Shown here in pieces: positions 40,110-53,809 of a DNA stretch of 64,000 nt. Source of the stretch: Ginglymostoma cirratum (Eukaryota); NCBI GenBank assembly GCA_024137785.1, contig JAHRHZ010000028.1:36408215-36472214 (forward strand), written 5' to 3'. Positions within the stretch are counted from its first letter, which is position 1. Each line of letters opens with the position of its first letter. The translations under genes were made by a program, and so were the position numbers. Below the pieces are notes generated by a model that was given only the letters and a program-made list of their open reading frames with translations, searched no databases and had not been told where the DNA came from.

Positions 40110-41080
40110 ACAGTCAATCCACTGGGTTTAGACTGATAAGTGGCAAATAAAACACCAGCCACGTAAATGCCCGGCATTGACCATCTCCAACAAGAGAGAA
40201 CATAAGTATCACCCCTTGACATTCAGTGATATTATCATCTCTGAATACTCCACTATCAACATCCTGTGGGTTACCATTGACCAGAAACTGATCAGCTATC
40301 TAAATGCTGCGGCTACAGGAGCAAGTCAGAGGGTGGGAATTCTGTGGTGAGTAACTCACCACCTGTTTTCTCGGGCCTGCACGATCTACAAGGCAGGTGT
40401 AACATTTTGCTGCATAGCCACTGGGAAGCTCCTGGATGCTGAATGGTGTGCTGACACTAGCTTCCACTTGTGGTAGCTCCTGACATTTACAGACCTCCGA
40501 GGTCCACAAAATGGCTAAGAGAAATAGAGGGAGAGTTGGCAGGAATGTGATAGAATATTCTCCACTTGCCTGGAAGAGTGTAGCTTCTTCAGCACTTAAG
40601 AAGCTCGCCACCATCCAGGAAGAGGTTGCCCTATTGACCGGCACCCCCTTCACCACCCCCTTCACCACCCCCTTCACCACTCATGCCATTCACTGCTAAT
40701 GCACAACAGCAACAGTGTATACTGTCCACAAGATGCACTGCAGCAGCTCATCCAGGCTCCTCCAACAGCCCTTTCCAAATATGTGACCTGTATCACCCAA
40801 GGGCAAAAGGAGCAGATGTACATGAACAGCACCTTCAAGTTTCCCTGCAATTCTGAGGTTGTCCTGACCTGATTGGTACCACCAATCCTTCACTGTCAAG
40901 CAGTCAAAATCTTGGAAGTCCCACCTTAAAAGCACTGTAGGTATCCTTATACCCCAGGGACTACAGTGGTTCAAGCAGATGGCGCACCACCTTCTCAGGC
41001 CATTTGGAACGAGCAAATAACTGGTCTCGTCGTTGAGCTCCAAATCACATGCATGAATATATGAGAAAAATCATTCTTGC
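40110..41080 (+). mobile_element. CR1-group (L2/Crack-like) LINE 3' part, decayed
   Basis: fragments such as (N)VIEYSPLAW...LKKLATIQ; same family as 52195-52855; tail gtggttcaag..g.caccaccttctca.ggc. Confidence 0.7.
40642..40680 (+). repeat. 12-bp tandem repeat (CACCCCCTTCAC) x3
   Basis: read directly from the sequence. Confidence 0.85.
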
Positions 41081-42104
41081 AATAAAGGAAATGCAGCAGG
41101 TAGTTTTAATTTGCATACAAGCTCCCACAAGGCACAGTAAGATAAATGACCAAAGTTTGTTTGTTCTTCAAGATACCCAGAAGAATTTGAGTTCAGAATG
41201 TTTGTTGGTACCTGGCCAATATTTCAGCTAATTTAATGGCCACTTTTATTTATTCATAAGATTTTTCTCTAATGGGATTTGGACTTTTCACCTTCTGGAC
41301 TGCCATATTTCCAGTGCCAGAACCAATTCACAACCACACTCGGAATCGGAACTTTTTGGAGCGAGTGCTGTTTAAAGCTATAACACTTGCAATAAACAAA
41401 AGTTAAACATCAGCTTAGTGCTGATGCTAAACCGATAAGCTTGCTTTCCTCTGAACTGAAAATTTACAAAGGGACACATACTCATTCAGCTAATCTCTTT
41501 CCTATTTCTGTCCTGCTTTTCCAAATGTATTTCTTAGAATGGACCTGTTCCTATGGGAAATGCAGTGTAATCTCTCATTTCTTTCTCCCTTTCCATTTCA
41601 ATTTATAAATGCCTGCTTTTCGTTTTTTGCCGACTGCAGACATTGAGTAGTGACACCCCATTCCTTATTTGTGTATTGTGTAACTTTGCCTTTTTTTTAA
41701 CAACTCATAAAGCACTTTCTGCACAAACCAAAACTGCAATCAGGAAGATAGTTATGTAAGATATCAGGCCTGTTGTGGTTTTGTAAACACTGGGGCCCTT
41801 GTGCTGAATCGGGTGTTTCAGGCAGAACAAATGAGAATATGGACAAATGTTTTGCTTTATGTTAACCACTTACCTGCTGATCCAGGAAGCTACCTCCCTG
41901 AGCTGCACTTGTCTCTCCTTCCATTCTCCCCACTCCATGCTATTGTAATTCTGCTGGCACAATACTGGATATGATCATACGTAACCTTTGAAGTTTAGCT
42001 CAGCAGCAGTCGGTTCAGCTCTTCTCTAACCTAATTCATTCAATTAGAATGTGATCTGTACCTTGGCTCTAGCCTTTCCCCTTGCCTGACAAATCTATCC
42101 ATCA

Positions 42105-43000
42105 CTTTGGAAGCAAAAAGAAAAAGGCAGATTACTACCTGAATGGCTGTAAATTGGGAGAGGGGAGTGTGCACTGGGACCTGGGTGTCCTTGTGCACCA
42201 GTCGCAGAAGGTAAGCAGGTGGTAAAGAGGGCAAATGGTATGTTGGCCTTTATTGAGAGGGGTTTTGAGTACGGGAGCAGGGATGTTTGTTACAGTTATA
42301 CAGGGCCTTAGTGAGGCCTCACCTGGAATTTTGTATTCAGTTTTGGTCTCTTTTCTGAGGAAAGATGCTGTTGTCCTTGAGGGAGTGCAGCAAAAGTTTA
42401 CCAGGCCAGTTCTGAGGAGGGTGGGACTAATCTATGAATAGAGATTGACAAGGTTGGAAATGGTAGGAACTGTTGATGCTGGAGTCTGAGATAATAAGGT
42501 GTAGAGCTGGATGAACACAGCAGGCCAGGCAGCATCAGAGGAGCAGGAAAGCTGACGTTTCGGGTCTGGGCTCTTCCAGGGTCACTTTGACTAGGTTGGG
42601 ATTATTTTCGCTGGAGTTCAGACAACTGAGGGGGGATCTCCTTGACTTATTTTATAAGAACTAGACAGGGCAGAGAGGATGTTCCCAATGGTGGGTGTGA
42701 CCAGAACCAGGGTTCACAGTCTGACGATTCAGGGTAGACCATTTAGGACAGAGATGAGGAGACATTTCTTCATCCAAAGAGTGGTGAGCCAATGGAATTC
42801 ATTACCACAGGGAAGTAGCTGATGCCAAAACATCGAATGTTTTTAAGAGGTGGCTAGTTATAACACTTGAGGCGAATGGCACCAAAGATTATGGGGAGAA
42901 AGTAGGATTGTACTACTGAGTTGGACAATCAGCCATGATTGTGATGAACAATGGATTAGGCTTGAATGGCGGCCTCCTACTCCTATCTTCTATGTTTCTA
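42105..43000 (+). mobile_element. CR1-type LINE 3' fragment with a nested family A element at 42458-42586
   Basis: gggacctgggtgtccttgtgcac... and 3' tail cctactcctatcttctatgtttcta; the nested element is flanked by ttgacaaggttgg / ttgactaggttgg. Confidence 0.85.
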
Positions 43001-43205
43001 ATTTATCCCTTATGTCCACAGTTTTGGGAGAGAGTTCCAAATTCCTTATGCCATGCGAAGGAGTGATTTCTGGTTTTACACTCGAACAGTCTGCCTCTAA
43101 TTTTACAGTTATGCAACTTTTTCCAGACTCCAAAAGAACAGGAAGTAGTTACACTCTATCTAGCCTCTCTTATCCCTTTTAAGAGCTTTACAAACCTTGT
43201 TTTGA

Positions 43206-43538
<333 letters not shown>

Positions 43539-43684
43539 TGACATGTTTCCTCTGAAAAGCTGGTGGGCACTTGGAGATTTGACACTCTCAGAACTTTCCC
43601 TTCCCCACCATCTCCCTATACACAGCATATTGGGGGAGGGAGCAGGTTCTGGTATGAGTGGCACTGGGAATAACCAACGGATCT

Positions 43685-43855
43685 GACCCATCCACAGAGA
43701 GAGACAGTTAATGTTTTTGAGTCCAGCTGAAGAGTCATATTGGACTCAAATGTTAACTCTGTTCCTGTCTCAACAGATGTTACCAAATCTACTGAGTTTC
43801 AGCATCTTCTGTGTTTGTTTCCAGTTCCCAGCATCTGCAGTATTTTGCTCTTATT
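43685..43855. mobile_element. fold-back family B pLTR fragment
   Basis: cagttaatgtttttgagtcca mirrored by tggactcaaatgttaactctg; core ctgaagagtcatattggactc. Confidence 0.65.
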
Positions 43856-44176
43856 TGTGGAGAATAATCAATCCTAGGGAAGGGGAGTTTTGGAGAGTAA
43901 TGGTAAGGTATTGGGACTGGAGCTTCCCTGAGTGATACCAAGATTGGGGTAGGGCAATGCTTGGAATAGTGATGCCAGTGATTCGATAGATGCTGGGAGC
44001 ATGCATTTTATTTATTCTCAGCTGGTTTCTGTGTTTATTAAATCAGTTCAATATTTAATTTTGAGCAGATAAAGATTCGGCATTGTACGCATCCATGGCA
44101 AGTTTAAAGTTGGGTGAGTGTGGCTCTGGTCATGGACTCAAATGGTTAATGGTATGCTGTGCAATCTTATCTGCAG

Positions 44177-44782
44177 GTGATGTAATAGTGTATGTGAACA
44201 GCACCTGCGTCCTTGGACAGACCCATGCTGATGTTGTGCAGCTTTTCCAGTCCGTTCCCATCAACCAGACAGTGAAGCTGATCCTGTGCCGCGGTTATCC
44301 ACTTCCCACAGACCCCCAGGTGCCAGCTGTCGATGTAGTGACTGCCACTCCTGTCCTGGATGGATTGCCTGTGGTGGGGAAGCAAGCCTCGACTGGGCAG
44401 AGTGTGCAGACCCCACCGGGGCCCACTGAGCAGAATGGGAACGAGGGTCCTGGTGGTGGTGTCGAGCGTTTAAATGGACCTTACTTGGGCCTGACTGAGG
44501 ACCGATCCTCAATGACCTCGTCAGCTGGTTCGCAGCCAGAGGTGCTGACCGTCCCTCTGCTGAAGGGGCCAAAGGGTTTTGGCTTTGCCATAGCAGACTG
44601 CCCAGCTGGACAGAAGGTGAAAATGATCCTGGACAGTCAATGGTGCAAAGGACTACAGAAAGGTGATGTTATCAAAGAGATCAACCACCAGAGCATGCAG
44701 CAACTGAGCCACGCCCAGGTGGTGGAGATACTGAAAGATTGTCCTGTGGGGAGTGAAATATCGCTGCTGGTGCAGAGGGGAG
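44177..44782 (+). CDS. MAGI3: MAGI3-like exon 10 (end of PDZ1 and PDZ2)
   Basis: ctgcag| ... |gtttgt; 606 nt inside ORF 44083..44994; GDVIVYVNSTCVLGQTHADVVQLFQ...KGPKGFGFAIADCPAGQKVKMILDSQWC...LLVQRG. Confidence 0.95.
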
Positions 44783-44851
44783 GTTTGTCCTCATGTTGTT
44801 ATCTTTTAATTGCCTTTAGCTCACTTGGTTTCATTGCACACTTGTCTAGAT

Positions 44852-45177
44852 ATAGAATCATAGAATCGTATAATCCCTACAGTGTGAAAACAGGCCCTTC
44901 GGCCCAACAAGGCCACACCAACCCTCAGAGCATCCCACCGACACCGTCCCCCTATAACCCACCTAATCTACACATCCCTGAACACTACAGGTAATTTAGT
45001 ATGGTCAATCCACCTAGCGTGCACATCTTTGGACTGTGGGAGGATACTGGAGCACCCGGATGAAACCCACGCAGACTCTGGGAGAATGTGCAAACTCCAC
45101 ACGAACTGTCACCCCAGGGTGGAATCGAACCCAGGTCCCGGGCGCTGTGAGACAGCAGTGCTAACCACTGAGCCACT
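44852..45177 (-). mobile_element. HE1-type (V-)SINE
   Basis: minus strand: A box tggctcagtgg, B box ggttcgattcc, V-domain gtgtggagtttgcacattctccc, tail gggccgaagggcctgttt..gattctatgattcta. Confidence 0.9.
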
Positions 45178-46153
45178 GGTCATCCTGTTATAGGAAGGAC
45201 GTAGTTAAATTGGAAAGTGTGCAAAGAAGGTTTACGAGGATGTTGCCAGGACCACCACGCCTGAGTTATAGGGAGAGGTTGGTCAGGATAGGACTTTATT
45301 CCTTGGAATGTAGTAGATTAAGGGGTGACCAGATGTTGCAGAGTAAAGGGGCCAATAGAGAGAGAATGCAGTAAAATGCTGACACCAGAACCGAGCGGAG
45401 AGGGATTATAACTATCAGAAAAGACTGAACAAGCTGGGACTCTTTTCTCTCTAAAGGCAAGCTGAGGGTTGACTTAATGTAGGTCTTTAAGGTTGCGAAA
45501 GAGTTTGATAGCCTGCATGTGAGGATGATGTTTCCACTGAGTCAAGATTAGTACTATTGACCATATGTATGTGTAATCAATCCAACAGGACATTCAAGAA
45601 AAACCTCTTGTCCAGAGTGTGGAGCTATGGGGAATACTTAAGGTCAATTTGTATGGATGCTTGATAGACACATGAGAATGGAACAAAACTGTTTGGGTTA
45701 ACTAAGGGTGGGAGCAGACATTAACAGTGCCAGTGGGTGACCAGGAAGGTGGTTCTGTGTTGTAAATTCTGTGCATTTTCTCTGGGCTCTGATTGCAGCC
45801 CACGACTTCCCCTTTACCATTATATTGTGAATATGGCCTCTTCAACCAGCACTTGTGCCCAAAAGAGAGTGTGTCTTGGAGACCAGTGAGAAATAACATT
45901 GAGAGAAATTCTGTTGACTGTGTAGGAAGAGTGGAGCTGAGTTAGAATACAGTTAGTGTTCTAGAATCGATTGTTGCCCTTCTAATGCTAAACTATACAT
46001 TGATCCATTTTTATAAAACACCTACAGTAGTGTTGATGAAAGCTGTGATGTATAGTCTTGGATTCAATTTGTAGAGTAGATTATGATTTCAGAGGGTTAT
46101 TTCCTAGTGATCTTTCTCCTTCATGTATTGTAATGAATTTTCTTTTTTAACAG

Positions 46154-46185
46154 GTCCTTCTTCACCTGCTAAAACTATGAAAACA
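46154..46185 (+). CDS. MAGI3: MAGI3-like exon 11 (32 nt)
   Basis: ttaacag| ... |gtaag; GPSSPAKTMKT, compare MAGI3 GPPSPTKTAKM; supplies the required phase 1 to 0 change. Confidence 0.88.
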
Positions 46186-47184
46186 GTAAGTTTCAGAATT
46201 TTTTTGCTAACAATGGGACTTGGTGTTCAGATGTGTTCCTTCCAGTTGGAGTTAACTAGTGTGTTATTGGTGCAGTTAATAGCCTATAGATGCACAAGAT
46301 TCCACAACTAACCAAAACCATTCTAGATTACAAATTAAAAATGGTGGCTGTGTGTGTGTACTTGAGTGAAGTGCTGTCCACAGTTCTTGCCTCGAGTCCA
46401 AAGATTGTGTTGAAGCCTCATTGTCGAAATTTTATACAAAATACAAACCACGAATTGGGCTAGAATCCACAATGTGAAATGATGAAAGGGCAAATTTAGG
46501 ATTACTCTTGGGCAGTTTCCCCTAAGGTGGCGTGACCAACTCAGACTGAATTTGGGTAGTTAGGTGGAGGCAGAAATCATGGAATTATTTCATTAATAGT
46601 CGCGACACTTTATCTTTCTGAGCTAGTTAGATTATCTGCCTTTGGCATGTGTTATGTGCGATTTCAACCGTATTTTTGACTAGATTTCAAACCCAGATTC
46701 TTAAGATAACAATTGGAATGCTTTTAGCTGACAATAAACTAAAAACATAGATTTGTGTGAAAGCAAGGTCTCTAGTTTCTGGAACGGTGAAAAGAAAAAA
46801 AATGAAAATTCTAGAAAGCACCTGCATCTGTGGAAGGAGCAAGAGTTGTGTTGCTGGTCAATGACCTATTGTCAGAACTGGGAAAATGTTATTTGTTCAT
46901 CTTAACGGTCTTTAAACAAACAGTGTGGAGGAGGAAGTTCTGTGCTATCGTGGAAGGCGATAGTTATTATTGAAGGGATTCTGGTGAAAGGCACAATCAT
47001 GTTGGTAATAGGACGGTAACAAAATATGAATCCAGAGCTATAAATGTCACTGTGGAATATTAGAGGGTGAGGGTGGAAAAGCAGTCATGTGGACTTGGAA
47101 CGTGACAGTTGGGTCAGTAACAATAGGTCTGTATCAGTCATTCCAGAAAGATCGAATGGGGAGATGAGAAAAATGATTTATTTG

Positions 47185-48750
47185 GAAACAAGATGGATTG
47201 CAGGAGTAGATCACATGGCCCATTGTACCTGCTCTTCTGTTCAATATGAGGTTGGCTCATCTTGGGTTTCAATTTTACTTTTCTACTCCCTTCCCATCTC
47301 CCTTGATTCCGGAGAAACCAAATATCTGTCTGTGCCTCCCTTAAATGTATTCAGTGTTGAAGACTCCACAACCCACTGACATGGAGAATTCCGAAGATTT
47401 ACAATCTTTTGGGTGAATAAATTGCTCTTCATCCGAATCCTAAAAGACTTTTCCCTTACCTTTAATCTATGACCCCTTGGTTCTGGAGACCCCCCACTAT
47501 TGGGAACATCTTTGCATCTAACCTGTCTGGCCCTGTTGGAAATTTGTAGGGTTTTGAGATCCCCCCCCCCCGTCATTCTTCTGAATTCCCATGAGTATAA
47601 TTCTAATCAACTCCGTCTCTCCTCGTATGTCAATCCGGCCATCCTGGGAATCAATTTGGTAAACCTTCACAGCACTCCCTCTGTGGCAAGAACATCCTTC
47701 TTCAGATAGGAAGACTAAAGCTGCACACAATATTCCAGGTGTGGCCTCAGCAATGTCCTGTATAATTGGAGCAAGACATCCTTGTTCTTATACTTGAATC
47801 CTCTCGCTAGGAAGGCCAGCACACAGTCTGCTGCCTTTACTGGCGGCTGCACCTGCTTACTTCAGTGACTGATGCATGAGGACACCCATTTCTCATTGAC
47901 CATTAGTTTCTCTGTTTGCAGCCATTCACACAATAATCTGCCTTCCTGTCTTTGCTACCAAAGTGGATGACCTCACATTTATTCACACTACAGCATCTCT
48001 GCATCTGCCTCACAGCTCACCTTTCCTTCCAGCTTTGTGTCATCTGCATGTTTTAAGATATTACATTTGGTTCCTTCATCTAAATCATTAACACACGTTG
48101 AGAGTAGATGGGGTCCTAGTACTGATCCCTGCAGTACCCTCCTAATCACTGCCTACCATTCAGAAAAAGACATTTATTCCTAATCTTTGTTTCCTGTTTG
48201 CTAACCAGTTTTATATCCATCTCAATACACCACCCTTAATCCCATGCGCCGTAGTTTTCATACTAATCTCTTACGTGGAACTTCATCGAAAGCTTTCTGA
48301 ACGTTCAAATAAAATGCATCCACTGGCTCCCCAGATCAACTTCACTAGTTACATCTTGAAAGAATTCCAATAGATTTGTCAGCATGTTCTGTATAACTCT
48401 ATATGACTCTGATTTCCCTTCTGTCAGCCATGCTGATTGTGTCTGATCCTACCACTATTTTCCTAGTGCTCTGCTGTAAAATCTGCTGGATAATGGATAA
48501 ATCTGCTAAATAATGGACTCCAGAATCTTCCTCACTACCAATATCAGACTCCCTTTTTAAATAATGGTGTTACGTTAGCTTTCCTTCAGACTCCGGGATG
48601 TAGATTATCGGGCCCTTTGATCCCAACAGTTTCTTCAGCACCATTTCTCTCCTAATACAGATTTGCTTCAGTTTCATCCTCTCACTGAACCTTGTGTTCC
48701 CTATCAGTTTCAGTATGCTATGTCTTCCTTTGTGAAGACAGAAGTAATAT
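47185..48750 (-). mobile_element. CR1-type LINE, decayed
   Basis: minus-strand translation RGHRLKVREKSFRIRMKSNLFTQKIVNL, plus RT remnants. Confidence 0.85.
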
Positions 48751-49356
48751 ATGAATGTTTGATTTTGGCCTTTGGTTTCTCTGCCTATCACCTCTTATTT
48801 CCCCCTTCTGTCTTTTGGCCTTATCCTTGATTCCCCGTCCCCTGACTCCTTGCATAAGTTTCCATCTCCCCTGCCAATTTAGTTTAAACCCTCCCCCACC
48901 ACTCTAGCAAATAGCCATACAGGACATCTGACCCATTATAACCCATCTTGTCCATTCACTTAATTTATCAATATCTGTTTGCAACATCTTTGTCCTCCCC
49001 TCAGCTTACCTTTCCAGCTAGTCTTGTATCATCAGCAAACTTAGGTTAGTCTCTCTTTTCTAGAACTTTCATCTGGAAAAAGTATGGGGAACTGATTCTG
49101 GAGACTGGAGTTGGGTAGAAGATTGAGACTTTTGCAGTATCACCACTAACAGGCCAGGGATGTGGGATGAGGCATTGACTGCTCTTTGAAGAGAGGCTAA
49201 ATAATTTACATCTGTACTATAACATTATGAAATATGGGAAGATCCTTTTGACATGGTCTTACATAACTACTCCGCATTATTTCTATCTATATATCTTGCC
49301 TCTATATTGTAAAATTTATTTAAAACATTTTTCTTTTCTCTGATTTTTCTTTCCAG

Positions 49357-49519
49357 ACTTTAGAACAGGAGGACAACCAGGCAAGCTCTCAGAATCTGTC
49401 CCCAGGCGTTCCCATCCCTCAGCCAATGCCCTTCCCACCCAATGCTGTAAGGCCTTCCTCACCCAAGCGTGACCCAACTGAAGTGTATGTGCAATCCAAG
49501 ACCATGTTCGACAGCAAAC
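49357..49519 (+). CDS. MAGI3: MAGI3-like exon 12 (PDZ2-PDZ3 linker)
   Basis: ttccag| ... |gtaag; 163 nt; ...PIPQPMPFPPNAVRPSSPKRDPTEVYVQSKTMFDSK, containing the MAGI3-typical IPQPMPFPP. Confidence 0.92.
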
Positions 49520-50931
49520 GTAAGTGATGTGGAGTGCAGGCCCACTGTTCTTGGTAGGAAATGGTGGTTTTGGAAAACCTTTACTGCTAACTATCAGTAG
49601 TGTAGTAATCTGATTGAAGACTATCACCTGGGAGACTGATGGGATCTTGTCCTATTCAGTAGTTATAAACTTGATCTGGTGAAACAGTTTGAAGAGGAGG
49701 GATGTCTGTGGTGGCTCATGTTGAGAAGCAGTAAGGTCAAATCAAATAATTGAACACTGGAACTGAAGAAGAATTATGCAGGTGTGTGCAGGTTAGTTGT
49801 TAGCATGTGACTTGGAAACATACCACCGTTACTTCAGTGTTGCTGCATCAAAAACCTGGAATTCCCTCCCTAAGGGCATTGAGAGTCTACTTACGGCACA
49901 TGAGCTGCAGTGGTTCAAGAAGGCAGCTCCCCACCACCTTCACAAGGGCAATAGGGACTGGTAATAAATGCTGGCCCAGCCAGCAACTCCCATGTCCCTT
50001 GAGTGAATAAAACAATTTAAGTTCAGTTTCCTGGGCTTTGACTATATAACCTGGTGGTTAATGGTGCAGGACCTGAGTTATTAGTTTACTATGTGCAGTG
50101 AACTGGAAAACGCTGTGTCGAAATAGGTCACTGGATGGCCTGTCTGATACATCTTGATTTGTTTTGATCATGAGATGATCTTCCAGCAGCTCTCATTTTA
50201 TTTTGCTTCCTTGATGCAAAATTTATTCAGTCATTATACCACACAGACTCCAGGAATATTCCAGCTTTCACTCCGAGACAATGCTGAACTCTCCCATCAA
50301 GCAGAGCTGCTGCAGTTGAGCTGGATGTCCATCAGTTTGAAGAGGAGGGATCTAATCCTGGTCCCAATCCATTGACTGATGATAGTACCGAACAAAACAT
50401 GCTGACGCTGACACTGCCATCCAGGATCACGATTTAGACAACTAATGTGTCCATTTGGAGACTCAGGAGAGAAGTGAAGGAAATTAACTCAGAACAATCG
50501 CTGTTTTTATCAGCAAACAGTCCCATTTATTGATTCCCTCTCCAAACCCAATTAAGTTTTAAATGGGCTGTGCTCTCTCTGTTTGTATGTTAGTCCTCAG
50601 GGAGTTGACCGTGATTAGAGGTCAGTGCTTCACAGACCACTGCCTGGTCATCCTGTGAGCTGAGGACTGAGCAAGTTTCCAACTAAAGTAGAGCGTAGTT
50701 CTGACAGATCAGTCTCTCTTCTGCTGGAGTCTGTGGGTTCAGAGCCAGCTGTGAATCTAGGCTCTAGGTACAGTGCTGTCTGTTGTTCTGCAACGTATCT
50801 TGGAAAGTGGATTCTAGGAACAAAAATAATTTCTGCGCCAGTCATTGCTATGTAAATATTCATTGTTTTGCACAGGCCCTGGGCTAGCCGCTGCATCACT
50901 ATGACTCTCTTCCCTGTTTATTGTCCTTCAG

Positions 50932-51023
50932 CCCCAAATACAAAAGACGTTGACATCTTTCTGCGTAAGCTGGAGAGTGGGTTCGGATTCAGAGTGCTTG
51001 GTGGAGATGGGCCAGATACACCT
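50932..51023 (+). CDS. MAGI3: MAGI3-like exon 13 (PDZ3 start)
   Basis: cttcag| ... |gtaag; 92 nt; [31 protein letters not shown]. Confidence 0.95.
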
Positions 51024-51239
51024 GTAAGTTTCCTGTAACTCTTGAGCGTTTGCTGTTGATTTCATGCTGCTTTCAGTGCAGATTCTTGTTAGTAGTGAGT
51101 GACAGAGTGAGGGAGGTGGCAAAGTTGCATGTGAGCTGCCCGTGAGATTGGACACTTTATTTTCACCTGAGTTGACAGCACTTGTGGAAATAAATGTAAA
51201 GTGCAGCCATGCTTTAGTGGTGTGTGTGTGTGTGAGATT

Positions 51240-52935
51240 CAGAAGGACGTAAAAATCCAAGCAGGAGCAGACGTACGGCCCATCGAGTGCACACTCCTAT
51301 TCAATATGATCATGACTGATCTTGGACTTCACCTCTACTTCTCTGCCATCTCTCCATATCCCTTGATTTGCTGAGAGTCTAAAAGACAGTCTTTCTCAGC
51401 TATAGGTATATTCAGTGATGCCACAGCTGAGTTGGAGAATGCCAAAGATTTCCAACTCTTATTTAACTGGAGAGTGACTGCAAAAATGGTGCAGCAGAGC
51501 GATCTGGGTGTTCTTGTGCATGAAACACTAAACGTTAGCATGCATATGCAGCTCATAACTAAGAAGGCAAATTGAATTCTGGCCTTCATTGCTAGAGGGT
51601 TTTGTTTAAAAATAGGCAAGTCTTAATGTAACCGTGCGGGCTGTTGAAGAGGCCGTATCTGGTCTAATGTGTACAGTTTTGAATCTCCTATTTAAGAAAG
51701 CGTACTTTAGAAGATGTTCACTAGGCTGATTCCTGGGATGAAGAGGTTGACTAATCGTGGTTTGCCAAACAGGTTGTCTTTATTCAATAGATTTTAGAAT
51801 GAGGGATGATCTTATTGAAATATGCAAAATTCTGAGGGGGCTTGACGAGGTAGATGTTAAGAGGTTCCCACTCGTGACGGAATCTCAAGCTAGAGGATGT
51901 AGTTCAGAACATGGAAATTTCATCTTTGAAGCAAGTAAATATCTGGAAGACTCTAACCCAGGGAATTATGGAGGCTAGATCATGGAAAGTATTGAGAGAG
52001 AAGTTCAAATTTTGAAATAGAGGAATCAAGGGCTGTGAGGAGCTAGCACAAAAGAGGAGTTGAGGTTGGGACAAGGCTGGGTTGAGGAAATGAATGGCCT
52101 ACTTACTCCTATTTCTAACGTTCTTTGAAGAAGTTTGTCTTCACCTCAGTCCAAAACAATCATCCCATTATTCTGAGATGTGGCCACTCATTTCCTCACT
52201 ATCCAGACCCTGGGGGTCACCATTGATCAGAAACTCAGCTGGACTCACTAATTAAATACAGTGGCTACAAGAGCAGATCAGAAGCTAGGAATACTGCAGT
52301 GAGTAACACGCATTCTGATTCCCCGAAGCTGGTCCGTCATTTGCAAGGCACAAGTCAGGAGCGTGATGAAATACTCCCCACTTTTCTGGATGGGTGCAAT
52401 TCCAAACAACACTCCAGAGGTTTGACATCATCCAGGACAAAGCAGCCTGCTTGATTGGCACCACATCCCCAAGCATCCACTCCCTCCATCACTGATGCTC
52501 AGTAGCAGCAGTGTGCACTATCTACAAGATGCACTGCAGAAATTCACCAAAGGTCGTTAGCATCTTCCAAACCCTATCTAGAAAGAGAAGGGTAACAGTT
52601 CTTGGGAACAACACCACCTGCAAGGTCCCATCTAAGCCACTTACCATCCTGACCTGGAAACATATTGCCGTTCCTTCACTGTCACTGAGTCAAAATCCTG
52701 CAATTCCCTCCCTAAGGCCATTGTGGGTCTACCTACCGCACATGTACTGCAGTGGTTCAAGAAGGCAGCTCGCCACCACCTTCTCAAAGGCAAATAGGCA
52801 AAAATGCTGGTTCAGCCCGCGATTCCCATCTCCCACACATGAATAAATGAAAATATATCATGTGGCAGGCCGTCTTTATTCTTGAACTCCAGTTCTCTTG
52901 TATTAAACATCAACATGCTATTTGCCTTCCTAATA
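51240..52935. mobile_element. nested LINE stack: CR1(-) interrupted by CR1(+) at 51460-52125 and L2/Crack-like(+) at 52195-52855
   Basis: the minus-strand CR1 sequence resumes after each insert; each insert has its own 3' tail. Confidence 0.65.
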
Positions 52936-53527
52936 GAAGTGCCTGTTAATGGCTGACTCCAGCTCCAAGGTGTCAGCTCATACAGGGTACTGAAAGTCGG
53001 ACAGCCTTCCCCGCAAAATGTTATGGGTATGGGAGGGCGGTGGGGGTCAGTTAAAAATCTCAAAATTGAGTCTGATGGATTTTTTTGTTGGGGCAGGGGT
53101 TATCATCAATAAGGAACTGCGAGGTGTACCTGAAGCTAAGACACAGTCTGACCGTCTACCTGAATGAGAGAGCAAGCTTGAGGGCCTCTGTTCCGGTGTG
53201 TTAGTGAATGACATAGCCAATCAGTTACTGCCTAAGTTGCTCGTTATGTAACTGGTAAGTTGGGTCATCCTGCGACAAATTCTACACAGTAAGGATTGCG
53301 TGATTTAAGTGAGTGAGATTGACACAAGGAAATAAGGACCTGAAGTAGTCCGTGACTGCTGTTGTTGTAATGAGCTTTCTCCGTTAATGTGTTAGAATCT
53401 CTCAGCAGATGCTGCAGTCTGTTTACACCTTGCCTGTTGAATAATAAATATCCGTCACCAAGGTTAGAGCCTGAGCTAACATAACCATTCTGTTTCTCCT
53501 GCCCCACCCTCACCACCACCACTTCAG

Positions 53528-53720
53528 GTTCTGATTGGAGCAATAATCCCCCTGGGGGCAGCGGAACGCGACGGCCGTCTTCGTGTAGCTGATGAGCTGC
53601 TTTGTGTCGATGGCGTCTCGGTCAAGGGGAGATCTCATCGCTTCGTGTTGGACTTGATGCAAAATGCGACTCGAAATGGTCAGGTGCTGCTGTCAGTGAG
53701 GAGGAAGGTGCTGCCCTCTG
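53528..53720 (+). CDS. MAGI3: MAGI3-like exon 14 (PDZ3)
   Basis: cttcag| ... |gtgag; 193 nt; [29 protein letters not shown]...VLLSVRRK. Confidence 0.95.
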
Positions 53721-53809
53721 GTGAGTGTGTTGGTTCACACTTTTGGTCCTCAGTTGGTGTGAATGTGGCCAGGACCTGTTCAAAAACCCTTTGCTCCCAG
53801 GAATTGTTT

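Noticed and set aside
44783-44994. C-terminal extension of the 303-aa ORF
   Set aside because: It is read-through of the exon 10 donor into intron and an antisense HE1 SINE, with no homology support.
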